Shown here: positions 60,501-64,000 of the stretch, in pieces
Layout: every line of letters begins with the position of its first letter
Position numbering within the stretch: the first letter of the stretch is position 1
Origin: Planctomycetota bacterium
GTDB taxonomy: Bacteria; Planctomycetota; JAJSAM01; JAJVHW01
Direction of reading: 5' to 3'
NCBI GenBank assembly: GCA_965248445.1
Contig: CBDFJG010000004.1
Coordinates: 96,001 to 160,000 of the forward strand
DNA: 64,000 nucleotides
The notes under the pieces: generated by a model
What the model was told of the DNA's origin: nothing
Database searches by the model: none
Seen by the model: the letters and a program-made list of their open reading frames with translations, nothing else
Position numbers and translations under genes: made by a program

Positions 60501-60905
60501 CGGGTCGTCCTGGCGCGGGCTCTCGAACAGGATGCGCGATCCGTCGCGCTCGAATGTCGCCGGGATGTCCGTGGCGGAGTGGAACGTGAGGCGTGTGGCC
60601 GAGCCGCCCGCGCTGCTCACCACGAAGACGTCGAAGTTGCCGTACCAATCGGCGGCGAACGCGATCTGCGAGCCGTCAGGCGACCAGACGGCGCGGTACT
60701 CGTATCCCTCGTGGCTCGTGAGCCGCGCCGCGTCGCCCCCGGCGACGGGAACGGTCCACAGGTCGCCGCGATAAGCGAACGCGATGCGCGAGCCGTCAGG
60801 CGAGATCGATGGATACCGCACCCACGTCGCGTCCTTGGCGAACGCGACCGACGAGAGAGCCAAAACGAACGGTACGGCGAGAAGGGCTGAGAGCGATGGG
60901 CGCAT
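57567..60905 (-). CDS. Tricorn-protease-like S41 peptidase with PD40 repeats and PDZ
   Basis: PSISPDG, repeated WSPDG, GELNASH, DTRFNGGG and YSDAH; signal peptide. Confidence 0.92.
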   Translation of the reverse strand: MRPSLSALLAVPFVLALSSVAFAKDATWVRYPSISPDGSRIAFAYRGDLWTVPVAGGDAARLTSHEGYEYRAVWSPDGSQIAFAADWYGNFDVFVVSSAGGSATRLTFHSATDIPATFERDGSRILFESPRQDDPKSILGTPRFAELWSIAVAGGRPRLELTTPAERVQLSGDGSVALYQNLRGYEDPWRKHHTSPVARDVWRWERTTGRHQALTQHAAEDRNPVFTPGGDAYLFLSERGSTFNVWKTSVGPAEPGGFAQLTSHVTHPVRFLSVGGDSYCYGWNGGVYVAPLAGGEGTRVPIRCSVDQRKNPVEYVTESKGATSIKVSPNGEEVAFVLRGDVYVTSVEHGATKRVTGTPEQERSLSWAPDGRTLYYAGERTANGSGASWNIFSSTIVHADEKHFHRATVLRESSVIATADESFQPVVSPDGKQIAFLRNRDELVVFDVTSRAVRTLVPPERNYSYSDGDIWFSWSPDSRWVAVTYLPNKSWLEQIGVVEVATGRVTDVTRSGYYESRPRWGRDGRSLHFISDRHGRRNHGSWGTDQDVIALDLTRAANDRGRLSKEDYAALTAKEDKEKKKGKKGGNDDGDAEKDEPPPTVTINFDRPERRLRRITRHSAPISSFVVSPDGEAVVYLGQVDGKWDVWISKPRAGETKKLISLGEDRGGQLELSKDGKSLFVRKGNGTIVKADVAGAFKPEKGGGRRGNDGGGGGGGGGTKTKPVGYTAEAWIDRPAERAHLFEHAWRQAKVKFYNPNLHGVDWAAMRAAYAQHLPEIDNSRDFAELLSEILGELNASHTGGRYRPRRTGGDQTASLGLLYDPQWAGDGLKIAEVLRGGPCDKEELKIAAGHTVTAVNGSALSAGANPWPVFNRLAGKLTRLTLRDAGGGSYDAVVRPIAPGAVNGLLYERLLDRRRKIVDDASGGRIGYVHVRGMNDASFRRVYRETLGLNADKEALIVDTRFNGGGWLHDDLVVFLSGKRYLDFQPRGKVRGSLGGEPLQRWDKPSCVVMSEGNYSDAHMFPWAYREHGLGKLVGAPVAGTGTAVWWERLIDQELIFGIPQVGMVDPRGEYLENQTLEPDVTVLTEPSRIGSGMDDQLLEAVRVLLDELGK

Positions 60906-60924
60906 GTGGCGGACTCCGGAGAGC

Positions 60925-61020
60925 GACGAACCAACACGTGACGAACCAACACGTCTCGTCCTCGTCAGAGGACGAACCAGCAAGCCACGTCTCGTCAGAG
61001 GACGAACCAACAGAGACGAG
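60925..61020. repeat. Compound short direct repeats upstream of the S41 gene
   Basis: gacgaaccaacacgt x2 and ctcgtcagaggacgaacca x2; GACGAACCA four times. Confidence 0.85.
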
Positions 61021-61073
61021 CCCGGCAGCGTATCCGAAGCGCTCGCGCGCCGTCGCGGGTTACCCCCCCCCCG

Positions 61074-61706
61074 CTAGCCCATGCGCCGCGAGCTGCGCTT
61101 GCGAGCCGTCTTCTTGCGCGTCGTCTTCTTGTGCGTGGCCCGGCCGCCGGACTTCCTGGCTGTCTTCTTGCGCGTGGCCTTCTTGGCGGCCCGGCGCGTC
61201 CGCTTCCGCGTCGCCTTCTTGGCGGCCCTCTTTGCCGTCTTCTTCCGGGCCGTCTTCTTGCGTGTGGCCTTCTTGCGGGTCGTCTTCTTGCGCTTGCCCT
61301 TGGCCTGCTTGAGCTGCTCGGAAAGGGCGGCCACGCTGGCGGCCAGATCGTCGATCTCACGCTTGGTCGGAATGCCGAACTTGTGAAGCGCGGACGTCAC
61401 GGTCTCGTCGACGATCTCGCCGACCTTCTCGGCGGACTCGCCGAGCGACTCCCCCACCTTCTCGAGGCGCTCGCGCGCCTTTCCGCCCGCCTGGGCGGCC
61501 GCGGCCTTCAGCTCCTTCACGCGCGGGCGGCTCTTCTTCTCGAAGTCCTCCCCTTGCTCAACCAGCGATGAAAACAGGCGGGTGCCCTCTTTCTCAGCGA
61601 GCGACAGCGCGCCGAGTCCGGCCAGCCAGACCTGCTTCGCGGTCTTCGCGACGTCGTCGCGGATCGCGTCGACCTTCGTCTTCTTCTTCTTCTTCTTCTT
61701 GGCCAA
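61074..61706 (-). CDS. Phasin (PhaF/PhaI-like) with a histone-like Lys/Ala/Arg tail
   Basis: VWLAGLGA...EG.RLF..LV..GE, GIPTKREID and repeated KKATRK; TTG start after GGAGG. Confidence 0.85.
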   Translation of the reverse strand: MAKKKKKKKTKVDAIRDDVAKTAKQVWLAGLGALSLAEKEGTRLFSSLVEQGEDFEKKSRPRVKELKAAAAQAGGKARERLEKVGESLGESAEKVGEIVDETVTSALHKFGIPTKREIDDLAASVAALSEQLKQAKGKRKKTTRKKATRKKTARKKTAKRAAKKATRKRTRRAAKKATRKKTARKSGGRATHKKTTRKKTARKRSSRRMG

Positions 61707-61754
61707 GGTTCACCTCCATCGGGGCGGCCTGCCCCGGAGCCGGATCGAGATCGA

Positions 61755-62195
61755 TCAGCCTCGCTGTTTCTTCTTCGTGTCGGCGGCGTCGTCCGCGAAC
61801 TCCGCGAGCGACGCTTCGAGTTCCTCCAACCGCTCGCGAAGGCTCGCGGTTTCCTCGCGCAGCCGCCGCACGGGGCCGATGCGGTCCACGCCCGCTTGGA
61901 CGACGCGCTCGACGCCCTCCTGCAGACGATGTGCACCCTCGGCGAACGCCGCCTCCCCGGACCGGATGAGCTCGTGCAGCAGTTCCTTCGGCGGCACGGC
62001 GCGTCCCTTCTTGCCCGCGTCGGCGATGGCCTGGGCCAGGACCTGGGTGGTCACGTCGTCCCCGCTGCGGTTGTCCAGCACACGCACGTCCTCGCCCGAC
62101 CGGATCCACCCGGCGATCTCCTCGAGGGAGACGTAGCGGCTGGACCGGCTGTCGTAGAGCTTGCGGCTCCCGTAGCGCTTGATCGTGCGAGGCAT
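61755..62195 (-). CDS. phaR: PHA synthesis regulator (PhaR-type DNA-binding domain)
   Basis: IKRYGSRKLYD...YVSLEEI...G.DV.V.D..SGDDVT..VL.Q. Confidence 0.85.
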   Translation of the reverse strand: MPRTIKRYGSRKLYDSRSSRYVSLEEIAGWIRSGEDVRVLDNRSGDDVTTQVLAQAIADAGKKGRAVPPKELLHELIRSGEAAFAEGAHRLQEGVERVVQAGVDRIGPVRRLREETASLRERLEELEASLAEFADDAADTKKKQRG

Positions 62196-62204
62196 ACCCT
62201 CATG

Positions 62205-62221
62205 ATGCCGCATTGCGGCAT
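62205..62221. promoter_or_regulatory. Palindrome, candidate PhaR operator
   Basis: ATGCCGCA-T-TGCGGCAT about 10 nt upstream of the phaR start. Confidence 0.55.
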
Positions 62222-62336
62222 TCGATGCCAGGGACTTGTGCCGAATCGCGGCAACGCGCGCTGATTCCGGACTTCTCGGGCACTTTTCGACCCGATTCGG
62301 GCCGATTCAGGCCTGAACACTCCCCGCCGCACCGCG

Positions 62337-62774
62337 TCACTCGGCGTCGTGGGAGGCCGGCCGCCGCATGTGGATGTGCGGGATGTCGTCCTCCAGGAAC
62401 TCGTCCCCGTAACGGACGTAGCCGTGAGCGGCGTAGTAGTCGTGGAGGTGGGCCTGCGCCGAGACCACGGTGGCGCGGTCCCCGACCCGCTCGAGCGCCC
62501 GGCGCATGATCGCGTGCCCTGCGCCCGTCCCGCGCACGCGCGGACTCGTCACCACGCGCCCGACCTTCGTGCCCCCGTCTGTCTCGTACCACCGCAGACA
62601 CGCCGCGAGCCCCTGGTCGTCGTACCCCAGCAGGTGCAGGGCGCCCTGGTCGAGGTCGTCCATGTCGAGGAAGACGCAGTCCTGCTCCACGACGAACACC
62701 TCGGAGCGCAGGCGCAGCAGCGCGTACAGCTCGTCGTTGGTCAGTGCGTCGAAGGTGCGGAAGCGCCACTCCAT
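62337..62774 (-). CDS. ElaA-family GNAT N-acetyltransferase
   Basis: LYALLRLRSEVFVVEQ, GRVVT, SAQAHL and FLEDDIPHIHM. Confidence 0.9.
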   Translation of the reverse strand: MEWRFRTFDALTNDELYALLRLRSEVFVVEQDCVFLDMDDLDQGALHLLGYDDQGLAACLRWYETDGGTKVGRVVTSPRVRGTGAGHAIMRRALERVGDRATVVSAQAHLHDYYAAHGYVRYGDEFLEDDIPHIHMRRPASHDAE

Positions 62775-62810
62775 GGGCGGGGAGTGTACGCGCCGGAGTA
62801 TCGTGAGCGC

Positions 62811-63512
62811 ATGTCGCGCCGAAACCTCGTCAGGCTGATGATGTGCTTGACACCACTCCTCGTAGCGAGCGTGCTGGCGGCGGTGCTCGTGGCCGGGCTG
62901 CACCCCGACGGGCTGCCTTTCAACGTCGACTATGTCGAGCCGAGGGGACTCGGGTTCGGGCAGACGTCCGTGATCCCACCCTTGGACGCCACGCGATCCG
63001 TCATCGTGTGTGTTGCAGCGGTCGTCACGATCGCCGCCATGGGTGCACTCCTGGCGCGCTGCTGGAAGAAGCGGCACTCGTTGCGGGAGACCGAGCAGCC
63101 ACGGGAGTGGGTCGTCCTCGCGGCCGTGGCCGTCGGCGCCTTTTCGTGCGGGACGTTCACGGGATCGTTGAACGATGTCCGGCACGGTCTCCACCTGACC
63201 GGGGCGTCAGTGTACTTCGTGTTCGCGCCCGTCGCTCTGCTCGCGCTCGGATTGACGTCTCCCGTCGTGCGCGCGGTACCGCGGGTGGTCGCGTTCGCGG
63301 GGACGCTGTACGGCGCAGCAACGCTGTCGTACGGCTACGCGCAGTACGGCGAGTTTCGTTGGTGGGACGATCCGTTGCCCGCGACCGTCGTCATCGGTGC
63401 CGGCGCGGTACTCGTCGCGATCATCTCCGCCTGGGCGCGCGCCATGTGGTTCCGGCGACCCCCGTTCGATCCCGACAATCCGCTCGCGCCGCGGCGCCCC
63501 CACCGGGTCTAA
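62811..63512 (+). CDS. Hypothetical membrane protein
   Basis: About six hydrophobic segments. Confidence 0.6.
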   Translation: MSRRNLVRLMMCLTPLLVASVLAAVLVAGLHPDGLPFNVDYVEPRGLGFGQTSVIPPLDATRSVIVCVAAVVTIAAMGALLARCWKKRHSLRETEQPREWVVLAAVAVGAFSCGTFTGSLNDVRHGLHLTGASVYFVFAPVALLALGLTSPVVRAVPRVVAFAGTLYGAATLSYGYAQYGEFRWWDDPLPATVVIGAGAVLVAIISAWARAMWFRRPPFDPDNPLAPRRPHRV

Positions 63513-63770
63513 CTAATCAACTTGTAGCCCTCGTGTGGCGTCCGGGTCGGGGCTACTTCTTCGCGTCGAGGCCCATCCAGGCGGGGAGGCCGGAGCGCTC
63601 CTTCGTCGGCTCGCATGCGAGCACGATCGTCCACGCGGCGGTGGTCCAGACCTGGCCGAACGAGACCCTCCTTGAAGCTCTTCGGCGCGGCGACGATCAC
63701 GTCGCCGACCTGCAGTCCGGCCTTCGCGGCCGGTCCATCGGGAAGCAGCAGGTTGCAGGCTGGAAGAGGT
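63509..63770 (-). pseudogene. PDZ-domain gene fragment
   Basis: DGPAAKAGLQVGDVIVA motif without a credible start or rest of the protein. Confidence 0.4.
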
Positions 63771-63908
63771 GACTTCCGACTGCAGGGTCCCTCGCCAGAG
63801 GACTTCCCGGAGATCCCGGACGTCGGTGGCCGGAGGTTATCCGGAAGCCGGGCGGCGCCCTCGCGAACCAACTGCGGGCGGTCCGGTTGGAAGCAGGGGA
63901 GGAACACC

Positions 63909-64000
63909 ATGAAGTCCACCGGCGCTGCGTACCTGCTTTGGCTGCTCTGCTTCTGCGGGTTCTTCGGCATTCACCGCTTCTACGCAGGGCGCTGGGTGAC
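63909..64000 (+). CDS. TM2-domain protein (partial)
   Basis: MKSTGAAYLLWLL...GIHRFYAG; GGAGG RBS. Confidence 0.85.
   Translation, partial: MKSTGAAYLLWLLCFCGFFGIHRFYAGRWV

Noticed and set aside
53358..60890. Long ORFs 53358-56516 and 58587-60890
   Set aside because: Off-frame or antisense shadows of aas and the S41 protease.
60925..61020. Possible mini-CRISPR array
   Set aside because: Repeats are too short and irregular, spacers are not unique 30-40-mers, and no cas operon is present.

Overview
High-GC bacterial DNA; gene content (prenyltransferase/squalene-cyclase-fold exported protein, HEAT-like proteins, carboxypeptidase-regulatory-domain protein) suggests Planctomycetota, but this is inference. 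1-7.7 kb is the decaying recombination/regulatory arm of a prophage/ICE-like element: RecD2 helicase, ERCC4 nuclease, DUF669, AAA_24 ATPase, PD-(D/E)XK nuclease, a broken ECF-like sigma gene and two uncharacterised genes, with operator-like repeats. 7.7-28 kb is an IS-rich island. A complete IS1380 and a terminal remnant of the same IS bracket two paralogous, signal-peptide-bearing RHS proteins with unrelated C-terminal tips. Two inverted IS66 copies and a truncated second IS1380 follow. 28-64 kb looks like host chromosome: methyltransferases (one with an in-frame TAG), a metallophosphoesterase-neutral ceramidase-DUF2235 lipase operon, and an exported thioredoxin-fold selenoprotein missed by the ORF track (UxxC with a SECIS-like hairpin). 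It also holds an aldo/keto reductase, aat, pdxH, three tandem paralogous polytopic membrane proteins, a trypsin-like protease, a C-terminally shortened LplT-Aas fusion, a tricorn-like S41 protease, phasin/PhaR, an ElaA-like GNAT and a TM2 protein. No rRNA, tRNA or CRISPR array was recognised. All family assignments come from motif recognition by eye; no searches were run.
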